DNA of 20,035 nucleotides from Candidatus Hydrogenedentota bacterium (GTDB taxonomy: Bacteria; Hydrogenedentota; Hydrogenedentia; Hydrogenedentales; JAEUWI01), in NCBI GenBank assembly GCA_034669905.1, contig JAXMOL010000079.1, forward strand, positions 1-20,035, given 5' to 3'. Positions 8,458 through 16,575 of the stretch are shown piece after piece. The translations under genes were made by a program, and so were the position numbers. Under the pieces are notes generated by a model. The model was not told where the DNA came from, did not search any database, and saw only the letters and a program-made list of their open reading frames with translations. How positions within the stretch are numbered: position 1 is the stretch's first letter; each line of letters starts with the position of its first letter.

Positions 8458-9031
8458 ACCTATACGGACGTGAGGGACGAACGGCCTTATGGGTGCTGGT
8501 GTCGTCCGGAAACGGGGATGATCGCTGGCCATTTCTTCGTCTCCAAAGCAGACAGCAAGTCCACCTCACCAACAACAGGACAGCCACCACCGTCTTCGCT
8601 CCAGTGCGTAGGACATATCGCTCAGTGGATAACCAAGTAACCGCAGCTACGTGTAGTCATGGGGCGCGGCAGTCCCTACTCAGGGACCGTCTCGCCCATA
8701 GTGATATCAGGTTGGTGGCAGCGGCTACGGACTGCTCGTTTCGTCGTGGCCGAGAAGGCGACGTTGCAGGGCGTGGCTGTCCCGTCGCAGGCGATGCTAA
8801 CGCCGGGCCATCCTCGCTAACGACAGGACAGCCACCGCCGTCTTCGCTCCAGTGCGTAGGACATATCTCTCAGTGGATAACCAAGTAACCGCAGCTACGT
8901 GTAGTCACGGGGCGCGGCAGTCCCTACTCAGGGACTGTCTCGCCCATAGTGACATCAGGTTGGTGGCTACGGCTACGGACTGCTCGTTTCGTCGTGGCCG
9001 GGAAGGCGACGCGACAGGGCGTGGCTGTCCC
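8458..9031. repeat. Left array of ~248-bp palindromic BIME/REP-like units (degenerate lead-in + 1 full + 1 truncated copy)
   Basis: Units start acaggacagccacc at 8575 and 8823 (period 248); copy 2 ends at gtggctgtccc 9031; lead-in acctatacggacgtgagg at 8458 also occurs at 10943. Confidence 0.93.
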
Positions 9032-9135
9032 TACATTCTCCCCACACACTCGACATGTCGGCCCTCCCACTGCGATACTGCGTGGCATCAAATGACTATT
9101 GGATTACACCGAATTCATGCAGAGAATGGAAATAG

Positions 9136-10914
9136 ATGGACACTCCGCCCGCCTTTCTGGTTTTTGCCGACTATTATCATGCACCCGATGGCCCCCGCGC
9201 CTTTCAACAGGTGCGACCACAGCGCCTTGCCGTGTTCTCCACCTTGGAGGAGGCAGAAGGCTTTGTCCGCGCAGCAGCTTCGCTGGATGCTCCAAAGCAC
9301 CGGGGTGATAAGCGCCGCGGTTACACCATCCGATGGATTCCATCGGACCCGCCCCCTCATCTCTATGAGCAAATGCTACTCCGACAGGAGGACGCGACGC
9401 CTTGGGAAGCCCTTCCCCGCAAGGACTGGTACTACGATTCCCATGGCGTCTTGACCGACTCAACCGATCAGGTTGAGGCCACGTGCGACGCACACAATGC
9501 CCTCGACGCTGCACGATCGTCGACCACGCCACCACCGAATCCCTTTCGGGATCTTCCGCCAGCGTTCGCCTGCGGAGATTTGGTCCGCCTGGAAGACTGG
9601 GGCCTGCCGGACACCTATGCCGTCGTAACCGGAGTCTCCACGAAACAGGGCTTCGTACGTGCCCTTTCCGAATCACCGGAATGGCTGGGGCGATACCAGG
9701 TCGTCGCCGCCATCGACAACGAATTGATGGATGAGTATGTCTACAACCTGGATATCGAACCGTACTGGGGCGGTGAGCGCGCAAAAATAACACGGGTGTC
9801 GGCGGTGCCGGAAGAGGATAAGATTCTTCAGTTCCTCTCTGATTACTTCTATGGCAAGTTGACCATCCCCGATGAGGTCGTGGAAGACCTGGTGAATGGG
9901 GATATCGTTACGAAGAACGTAGCCTACTTTCCCTTTGAGAACTTCAGCACGACTGCCTCCACAACAGTTGTTCAGGCGATCCAGAATCCCATCTGCCGCA
10001 AGGAACCCACTCACGTGGGTCTTGTAGCGTCAGAACTCGAGGAGACGGAGCGACCATACGTTGTGCTCGTGCTCCGCGCGAACTCACCGGATTTCGAATC
10101 CAGAATTACAGCTATTGATCTAGACTGGGATGCCAGCGCAGTATTCTCTTCGGAAAAAAGTGCGCGGGCATTCTTACAGGTGGTGCTCAATAACACTGAG
10201 GCGGACTATGGCCAAGATGACGAAATTGCACAGCTCTTCCGAATACAGCTGCTGGAGTTGGCACTGTCTGTAGCGCCTGGCACCCATTCTCAGACCTTGG
10301 CGTCCACAGACTTGGTTACGCGCTGCTGGTGTTACGATATTGCAGGACGATTGCTGTGGCAGGCCCCAGACTCTTGGAAAGGCCAGCCAGACTTCGAGCG
10401 CCACGCCTACGAAAGGCGGTATCAGGAGGGTGATCTAGTCTACGTCATACCCCAGGGCCTGGACCCGGACTCAGAGTCGATAGCGGGAGACGTTGCGGTG
10501 GTTTCTGCGGTGCCGACACCCAAGGAAACATGGGTGACCGCCGGAAAGAAACCTGGCGACTGGAACGCCTTCTATACCGTCGATTTCGTCGGCGACGATT
10601 ACCTCCAATACTATCACGTGCCCGAATCGAGTCTGCGACCACTCACAGCGCCGCTGCCCGACACGCCCATGTTCCTCCCAATTTGGTCAAAGTATTTGCG
10701 CGGTGAGTTGGCCTTTCCCGAGGACCTCGCCGACCAGGTTCGCGCAGGGAATGTATTTCTGTCGAAGCAGCCCCACTTCGACTTCCACGCGGAATCCGTA
10801 GCCGCCGGGATGCCAAAAGAATACCCAGCCCCACGACATCGCGACTTTCGGGTCCCGCCTTTCCGTGGATCGGAAAGGGCGAAAGCACCGCAGGGACCTT
10901 CTCGAGCCGACTGA
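9136..10914 (+). CDS. Hypothetical protein with an internal tandem duplication
   Basis: 592-aa ORF with GGA upstream; two homologous halves (AVFSTLEEAEGFV/AVFSSEKSARAFL; WYYDSHGVL/WCYDIAGRL; GDLVRL/GDLVYV; SDYFYGKLTIPDE/SKYLRGELAFPED). Confidence 0.8.
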   Translation: MDTPPAFLVFADYYHAPDGPRAFQQVRPQRLAVFSTLEEAEGFVRAAASLDAPKHRGDKRRGYTIRWIPSDPPPHLYEQMLLRQEDATPWEALPRKDWYYDSHGVLTDSTDQVEATCDAHNALDAARSSTTPPPNPFRDLPPAFACGDLVRLEDWGLPDTYAVVTGVSTKQGFVRALSESPEWLGRYQVVAAIDNELMDEYVYNLDIEPYWGGERAKITRVSAVPEEDKILQFLSDYFYGKLTIPDEVVEDLVNGDIVTKNVAYFPFENFSTTASTTVVQAIQNPICRKEPTHVGLVASELEETERPYVVLVLRANSPDFESRITAIDLDWDASAVFSSEKSARAFLQVVLNNTEADYGQDDEIAQLFRIQLLELALSVAPGTHSQTLASTDLVTRCWCYDIAGRLLWQAPDSWKGQPDFERHAYERRYQEGDLVYVIPQGLDPDSESIAGDVAVVSAVPTPKETWVTAGKKPGDWNAFYTVDFVGDDYLQYYHVPESSLRPLTAPLPDTPMFLPIWSKYLRGELAFPEDLADQVRAGNVFLSKQPHFDFHAESVAAGMPKEYPAPRHRDFRVPPFRGSERAKAPQGPSRAD

Positions 10915-10942
10915 CACCACACTGGAAATCGGTAAGGGTGCC

Positions 10943-11794
10943 ACCTATACGGACGTGAGGCACGAACGGCCTTTTGGGTGCTCGTGTTGTCGGAAAACAA
11001 GGATAGTTCTTTGGACTTCCCGTCGTTGATGGAGCGGACGGCGAGTCAACTTTGCTAACGACAGGACAGCCACCGCCGTCTCCGTCAAGTGTGTCGTACA
11101 TATCCCTCAGCGGGAGGCTACGTGTCTGCCGTTACGTGTAGTCACGGGGCGCGGCAGTCCCTACTCAGGGACGGCCTCGACCATAGTGACATCCGGTTGA
11201 CGGCGGCGGCTACGGACTGCTCGTGTTGTCGTGACCTCGATTGCCACCCGACAGGGCGTGGCTGTCCCGTCGTTGGCAATACTCGCGGCGGGCCATCCTC
11301 ACAAACGACAGGACAGCCACCGCCGTCTCCGTTCAAGTGCGCAGGACACAGCTCTCAATGGGAGACCACGTGACTGCCGTTACGCGAAGTCGTGGGGCGC
11401 GGCAGTCCCTACTCAGGGATGGCCTCGCCCCTAGTGACATCCAGTTGATGGCTGCGGCTACGGACTGCTCGTGTTGTCGTGACCGGGAAGGCGACGCGAC
11501 AGGGCGTGGCTGTCCCGTCGTTGGCGAGGCTCGCGGCGGGCCATCCTCACAAACGACAGGACAGCCACCGCCGTCTCCGTTCAAGTGCGTAGGACACAGC
11601 TCTCAATGGGAGGCCACGTGACTACCGTTACGTGTAGTCGTGGGGCGCGGCAGTCCCTACTCAGGGACGGTCTCGCCCATAGTGACATCCGGTTGGCGGC
11701 GGCGGCTACGGACTGCTCGTTTCGTCGTGACCTCGATTGCCACCCGACAGGGCGTGGCTGTCCCGTCGTTGGCGAGGCTCGCGGCGGGCCATCC
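10943..11794. repeat. Right array of ~248-bp palindromic BIME/REP-like units (degenerate lead-in + 3 copies, the last slightly truncated)
   Basis: Units start at 11061, 11308 and 11556 (periods 247, 248); same family and orientation as the left array. Confidence 0.95.
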
Positions 11795-11804
11795 AACATC
11801 CCCG

Positions 11805-11829
11805 ATTCTAAATTCTAAATTCTAAATTC
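11805..11829. repeat. Heptamer tandem repeat (ATTCTAA)3+ATTC
   Basis: attctaa attctaa attctaa attc, directly after the xerC stop codon. Confidence 0.85.
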
Positions 11830-11830
11830 C

Positions 11831-12763
11831 CTATGCATGGGGGTGGGCGGTCTCGTAGACCTGGCGCAGGCGCTCGATGCTGACGTGGGTATAAATCTGG
11901 GTCGAAGACAGATTCTCATGGCCGAGCAGTTCCTGCACCGTCCGTAAGTCGGCGCCACCGTCGAGCATGTGGGTCGCGAAGGTGTGCCGCAGGGTGTGGG
12001 GTGATATTTCTCTGCGTCCCGGCAAGACCTGCCGCACATAGTGCTCCACCACCCGCTGGATACTGCGGGTCGTCAGAGGCCCGCCGCGGAAGTTGACGAA
12101 GAGGGTATCGTGGTCGGGCTTTCCGAGGGTCGGGCGTATCCGCAGGTAGTTGTCGAGGGCCTCCCGGGCATAGCGGCCGAGATGGACGATCCGCTCTTTC
12201 TTCCGCTTACCAAAGACCCGCATAGTGCTTTGGAGCATGTCGAGGTCGGTCAGGGCCACACTCCGGATTTCACTGGCCCGGGCACCGCTGCTGTAGAGGG
12301 TCTCCAGCAGGGCACGGTCTCGGACGCCCAGGGGCTTTTCGCCGTCGGGTGCCTCCAGGAGGGCGGTCACCTCCGAAATAGACAACACGTCGGGGAGGTC
12401 GCGGGAAAGGGGGGGGCTCTTAACGGCTTTTGCGGGGTTCTCCGTCAGAAAGTCCGATTGGACCAGGTACCGATACACGGCGCGGAGGGACGCGAGCTTA
12501 CGCGCGGTGGTGCGGGGGGAAAGCCCCCGGGTCTGGATGTGCGCGAGGTAGGCCCGAATATCCTGTTTGTCCACCTGCTGCAGGATGTCGAGGGAGGCGG
12601 AGACACTGAGCTGGCCATCCGTATCCTCCAGACAGGCGGCTCCATGCACCATATAGGAACAGAAGTGGTCCAGGTCGTGGCGATAGGCACGGAGGGTGTG
12701 GGGCGAATAATTCCGCTCCACCTTGAGATAATTCACGAATTGGAGAATGGGTATCTGGGTCAT
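11831..12763 (-). CDS. xerC: Tyrosine recombinase XerC
   Basis: N-terminal ERNYSPHTLRAYRHDL; catalytic motifs LYSSGAR, GKRKKER, HTLRHTFATHMLDGGADLRTVQELLGH, STQIYTHVS...HPHA. Confidence 0.9.
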   Translation of the reverse strand: MTQIPILQFVNYLKVERNYSPHTLRAYRHDLDHFCSYMVHGAACLEDTDGQLSVSASLDILQQVDKQDIRAYLAHIQTRGLSPRTTARKLASLRAVYRYLVQSDFLTENPAKAVKSPPLSRDLPDVLSISEVTALLEAPDGEKPLGVRDRALLETLYSSGARASEIRSVALTDLDMLQSTMRVFGKRKKERIVHLGRYAREALDNYLRIRPTLGKPDHDTLFVNFRGGPLTTRSIQRVVEHYVRQVLPGRREISPHTLRHTFATHMLDGGADLRTVQELLGHENLSSTQIYTHVSIERLRQVYETAHPHA

Positions 12764-13117
12764 GGGGTCACACGTTGTTTCCTATTTTGCCCGAAGGGCA
12801 CGGAAATATCAAGGCCCAGGGCCAAAGAGTCAATCCCTAAGTCCTTTAATGACATAGACTAACCACACACCCCTTGACGTCGCAGACGCCGTGCGCATAC
12901 CCTGTATATCGGCAGGCACCTGGAATAGTAAACCCGCCTCCCCGACCCGTCGGCATGGGACTTTCGGGTCGTGGCGCGGCATGTGGCCTCCTCCCACGAC
13001 TTGAGCCGGGGCCAAAGAAGGTGTTACTGTCTCCCGTTAACGACCCATGTCTTATCGGCACCCCGCGCACGCGGCGGAGGCAGATCGGTAGACGGCCCGT
13101 ATAATAAGGAAGACCCA

Positions 13118-15811
13118 TTGAAACTGGTTATTGTAGAATCCCCGGCAAAAGCGAAGACCATCGGGAAGTTTCTTGGCAAAGATCACACCGTGCTCGCAAG
13201 CTACGGTCACGTGCGGGATCTGCCCAGTCGGGCCGATGAAATCCCGGCGGCGATCAAGAAAAAGCCCTGGGCGCGCATGGCCGTGGATGTAGAAAACAAT
13301 TTTGCACCGGTCTATGTGGTCCAGTCGGACAGCAAGAAACAGATTGCCGAACTGAAAAAATCCCTCAAGGACGCCGATGAAGTGGTGCTGGCCACTGATG
13401 AAGACCGCGAGGGAGAAGCCATCAGTTGGCACTTGCTGGAAATCCTGAAGCCGAAAGTGCCCGTAAAGCGCATCGTCTTCCACGAGATTACGCAAGAAGC
13501 CATCAATGAGGCCATCGCCAACCCGCGGGATGTAAACCAGGAACTGGTCCGTGCCCAGGAAGGGCGCCGTATCCTTGACCGCCTCTTTGGCTATTCCCTT
13601 TCCCCGGTGTTGTGGAAAAAAGTGCGCACCCAATTGAGCGCCGGACGCGTGCAGAGCGTGGCCGTGCGCCTGGTGGTAGAGCGCGAAGAAGAACGCCGCG
13701 CCTTCCATAAAGCCACCTATTGGGACATCGAAGCCACCCTCATGGCCGACGAACTCCCCTTCACCGCAACGTTGGTAGAGGTCGAAGGGCAGAAAATCGC
13801 GTCGGGTAAGGACTTTGACGAGACCACCGGCCTCCTCAAGTCCGACAAAGTGCGCTGGGTCAAAGAAGACGAGGCCACCGACCTGTGTGCGGCCCTGAAA
13901 GCGCATGTGCCCTGGCGCGTGGCCACCGTGCAGCAGAAAGAGGCCAAACTCCGGCCCTATGCGCCCTTTATTACGTCCACGCTGCAGCAGTCGGCCAGTT
14001 CCATCCTCGGCTTTTCGCCCCGGGACACCATGCGGGTGGCCCAGCGGCTCTATGAAGGTGTGGATCTGGGTGGTGGCGACCGCGAAGGTCTCATTACCTA
14101 CATGCGTACCGACTCGGTCACGCTGAGCAACAAGGCCCTGGCAGAAGCCGAGCAGGTCATCAAGGGCAAGTACGGCGATCGCTACCATCACCGCCGCCAG
14201 TTTTCGACCAAGTCCAAAATGGCCCAGGAAGCGCACGAAGCGATTCGTCCGACCAACCTGTCCCGTACGCCGGAGCAGGCCGCCAAGATTATCCATGGCG
14301 ATGAACTGAAGCTCTACCGCCTCATCTGGAACCGGACCATCTCCTCCCAGATGGCCGACGCCGAATTGCTCCGTACCACCATCGATTTTGAAGCCACCCT
14401 GGGTGACAAGAAGGTGACGCTCCGGTCCAATGGCTCGGTCGTGACCTTCCCCGGCTTCCTGAAAGTGGCGGACAGCGGTCAGAAAGACTCCCAGCTCCCG
14501 GCGCTCCAGGAAGGCGATCAGGTAGGGCCTTCCGAGCGGGTGGCCATTGAGAATCTCACGGCCCTGAGCCACGAGACCAAGCCGCCGGCCCGTTTCAACG
14601 AGGCCTCCCTGGTCCGTCGCCTGGAAGAAGAAGGGATTGGCCGTCCGTCGACCTACGCCCCCACAATTTCGACCATCCAGAACCGGGGCTATGTGGAAAA
14701 GCATGGCAAGGCCCTGGCCCCCACCTTTGTGGGAATTGCGGTGACCCTGCTGCTCCGTGAGCACTTTGCCGAATACGTAGAGTTTAAATTTACGGCCCGC
14801 ATGGAAAACGCCCTGGACGCCATTGCGGAAGGAAAGTTGGACTGGGTTGACTTCCTCCGTGCGTTCTACAACGGCGAAGGGGATTTTGGCCACGGACTCG
14901 CCCCCCAGATCGAGTCGGAATTGGAGAAAATAGAATTCCCCACGATTTCCATTGGTACGGCCGCCGACGGCCAGCCCCTCGTGGTGCGCCTGGGGCGCTC
15001 TCAACCCTTCATCCAGAAAGGGGAAGGCGGCACGGGAAATACGGCGTCCGTCCCCGAGGGCACGACCTACGACGAGTTGACGGTGGAGATGGCCGAGAGC
15101 CTGCTGGAAGCCCGCGCCAAGGCCGATGAGCCCATTGGCCAGGACCCGGAGACGGGAGCGAACATCTATGCCATCCTCGGGCCCTACGGCCCCTATGTGC
15201 AGTTGGGCGAGGTGGACAAAGAATCCAAGAAGAAACCCAAGCGCGCCGGATTGGGGCGTGGCTTCCCCATGGAAGACATCACCCTGGAAGTGGCGCTGAA
15301 GTATTTGAGTCTGCCCCGCCACATTGGCACCCACCCGGAAACGGGTAAGTTGGTGCGCTCTGCGGTGGGCCCCTATGGCCCTTATGTGGTCCATGATGGC
15401 GATTACCGCAGCCTCGGCTCGGGTGAAGAAGTCTTCACCACGACGCTGGAGGAAGCCCTGGCCCTGCTGGCCCAGCCGAAGCGGCGTGGTCGGCAGAAGA
15501 AGGTGCTCCGTGAAGTGGGTACGATCCCCGATACGGAAACGAAGATTGAGCTTTTTGATGGCCGCTATGGGCCCTACGTGAGTGACGGTACGACCAACGC
15601 GTCCCTGCCGAAGGGCACCGATCCTGACAAGATCACCGTGGAAGAGTCCATGAAGCTCCTGGAGGAACAGGCGGCGAAGAAGGGCACCAAGAAGAAAAAG
15701 GCCCCGGCCAAGAAAAAGAAAGCCGCCACCAAGAAGAAGGCGACGGCCAAGAAAAAACCGGCCGCCAAGAAAAAAGCGGCGGCGAAGAAAGCGGCCACAG
15801 ACAGCGAATAG
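13118..15811 (+). CDS. topA: DNA topoisomerase I (type IA) with Toprim_C-type repeats and Lys-rich tail
   Basis: KLVIVESPAKAKTI, ATDEDREGEAI, SAGRVQS, GLITYMRTDS, QEAHEAIRP, GIGRPSTYA; repeated G(P/R)YGPYV; TTG start at 13118 after AAGGA. Confidence 0.96.
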   Translation: MKLVIVESPAKAKTIGKFLGKDHTVLASYGHVRDLPSRADEIPAAIKKKPWARMAVDVENNFAPVYVVQSDSKKQIAELKKSLKDADEVVLATDEDREGEAISWHLLEILKPKVPVKRIVFHEITQEAINEAIANPRDVNQELVRAQEGRRILDRLFGYSLSPVLWKKVRTQLSAGRVQSVAVRLVVEREEERRAFHKATYWDIEATLMADELPFTATLVEVEGQKIASGKDFDETTGLLKSDKVRWVKEDEATDLCAALKAHVPWRVATVQQKEAKLRPYAPFITSTLQQSASSILGFSPRDTMRVAQRLYEGVDLGGGDREGLITYMRTDSVTLSNKALAEAEQVIKGKYGDRYHHRRQFSTKSKMAQEAHEAIRPTNLSRTPEQAAKIIHGDELKLYRLIWNRTISSQMADAELLRTTIDFEATLGDKKVTLRSNGSVVTFPGFLKVADSGQKDSQLPALQEGDQVGPSERVAIENLTALSHETKPPARFNEASLVRRLEEEGIGRPSTYAPTISTIQNRGYVEKHGKALAPTFVGIAVTLLLREHFAEYVEFKFTARMENALDAIAEGKLDWVDFLRAFYNGEGDFGHGLAPQIESELEKIEFPTISIGTAADGQPLVVRLGRSQPFIQKGEGGTGNTASVPEGTTYDELTVEMAESLLEARAKADEPIGQDPETGANIYAILGPYGPYVQLGEVDKESKKKPKRAGLGRGFPMEDITLEVALKYLSLPRHIGTHPETGKLVRSAVGPYGPYVVHDGDYRSLGSGEEVFTTTLEEALALLAQPKRRGRQKKVLREVGTIPDTETKIELFDGRYGPYVSDGTTNASLPKGTDPDKITVEESMKLLEEQAAKKGTKKKKAPAKKKKAATKKKATAKKKPAAKKKAAAKKAATDSE

Positions 15812-15830
15812 GCCATCCCTGAACAATCAA

Positions 15831-15872
15831 AATCCCCGCTGATGAAGCGTTCATCAGCGGGGATTCTTTTTT
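15831..15872. terminator. Bidirectional Rho-independent terminator
   Basis: aatccccgctgatgaa-gcg-ttcatcagcggggatt 16-bp perfect stem followed by a T run; lies between convergent topA and DUF494. Confidence 0.9.
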
Positions 15873-15895
15873 ACAATATCACAGGGGCTGGGCGG

Positions 15896-16354
15896 TCAGT
15901 GAAAGGTGCCGGAGCGCCCCTCAAATACGTGAAAGAGGGTCTGCTGAGACTCCACGTCACGGGTACCCACCAGGAACCAACTCAGGAGATACTCGAGGTC
16001 TTCGAGGGAGACCATGCCGTCCATCTGGGCGACGCGCTCCAGAATCAACTCGCGTTCGTAGGGGTCAATGAGTTCGTAGAGCTCCAGACGCGCCAAGGCA
16101 TCCCGGGCTTCCATAGTCAGCTTATAGGACTCGGTCGTCGAAAGTTGGCGCACCGATCCGATGACCCGATCGGCCCGGGGAGCCGGCGCATTGAACTGCA
16201 CGCCAACCAATCGGATGGCCGCGTCGATATCGCGTTTGTTGTACCCCTGCCCGGCGAGCCAGGAACGCATCCCCTTCTCGGTAGGGGGCCCGTCCGGATT
16301 TTCTTCCAACCGCTGGAGTATGACATCGATCAACTCCGTGAGCGCTTGCTTCAT
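15896..16354 (-). CDS. smg: DUF494 / Smg family protein
   Basis: L..QGYNKRDIDAAI.L, R.LSTTE..KLT.EAR..L.RL....LID...RE.ILER; GGGAG RBS; proximity to topA fits the family. Confidence 0.82.
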   Translation of the reverse strand: MKQALTELIDVILQRLEENPDGPPTEKGMRSWLAGQGYNKRDIDAAIRLVGVQFNAPAPRADRVIGSVRQLSTTESYKLTMEARDALARLELYELIDPYERELILERVAQMDGMVSLEDLEYLLSWFLVGTRDVESQQTLFHVFEGRSGTFH

Positions 16355-16510
16355 ATTGATCTCCCTTGGTCTGGGGTATCCACCTCAACCCGTCCGCAGG
16401 TTTGGTCGCTATGACCACCCGGGCGTGTGGTATTCCTCAAGCCAACGCCTGGGTAAATTTCGCCCCTTCCGATACGCTGCCTGAGCAACCGGACGGGCAC
16501 TACTTCGAAT

Positions 16511-16539
16511 ATTGTAGGCTCCCCCGTGTTGGGTGTCAA
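16511..16539 (-). promoter_or_regulatory. Sigma70-type promoter
   Basis: Minus strand TTGACA (16539-16534)-17 bp-TACAAT (16516-16511). Confidence 0.8.
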
Positions 16540-16575
16540 CTTTTGCGAGGCGGGCGGGCCGTTCTGGAACACCCC

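Noticed and set aside
8600..8690. Group II intron remnants (gtgcg, ccctactc)
   Set aside because: No domain V and no reverse transcriptase; ccctactc is the loop of the central palindrome.
8334..9454. ORFs 8334..8888 and 8852..9454, plus the ORFs within 11089-11825
   Set aside because: They are translations of the non-coding repeat; the frame shifts between copies and there are no RBSs.
8575..11794. CRISPR or short guide-type array
   Set aside because: Units are ~248 bp and homologous along their full length with no unique spacers; no cas genes in the window.
11831..12763. Integron integrase with the repeats as attC sites
   Set aside because: The protein has XerC-type termini and no evident IntI-specific insertion; the repeats are too long, tandem without cassettes between most copies, and lack clear RYYYAAC/GTTRRRY ends.
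12971..13117. Longer ORF-track starts for topA, thioredoxin (7113) and the methyltransferase (17852)
   Set aside because: Extensions are not family-like; downstream starts have good RBSs.
15660..15811. Lys/Ala-rich repeats and lack of zinc ribbons in TopA
   Set aside because: A known TopA architecture (Toprim_C repeats plus basic tail), not novel.
13052..15826. 924-aa antisense ORF, and similar ones at 510..1328, 2766..4049, 4647..5447, 7120..8373 and 12041..12862
   Set aside because: Shadow ORFs opposite well-supported genes, expected from high-GC codon bias.
16440..16490. SRP RNA (cagg...cggaagg on the minus strand)
   Set aside because: Does not match the CAGG-nnn-GNRA-nn-AGCA helix 8 arrangement.
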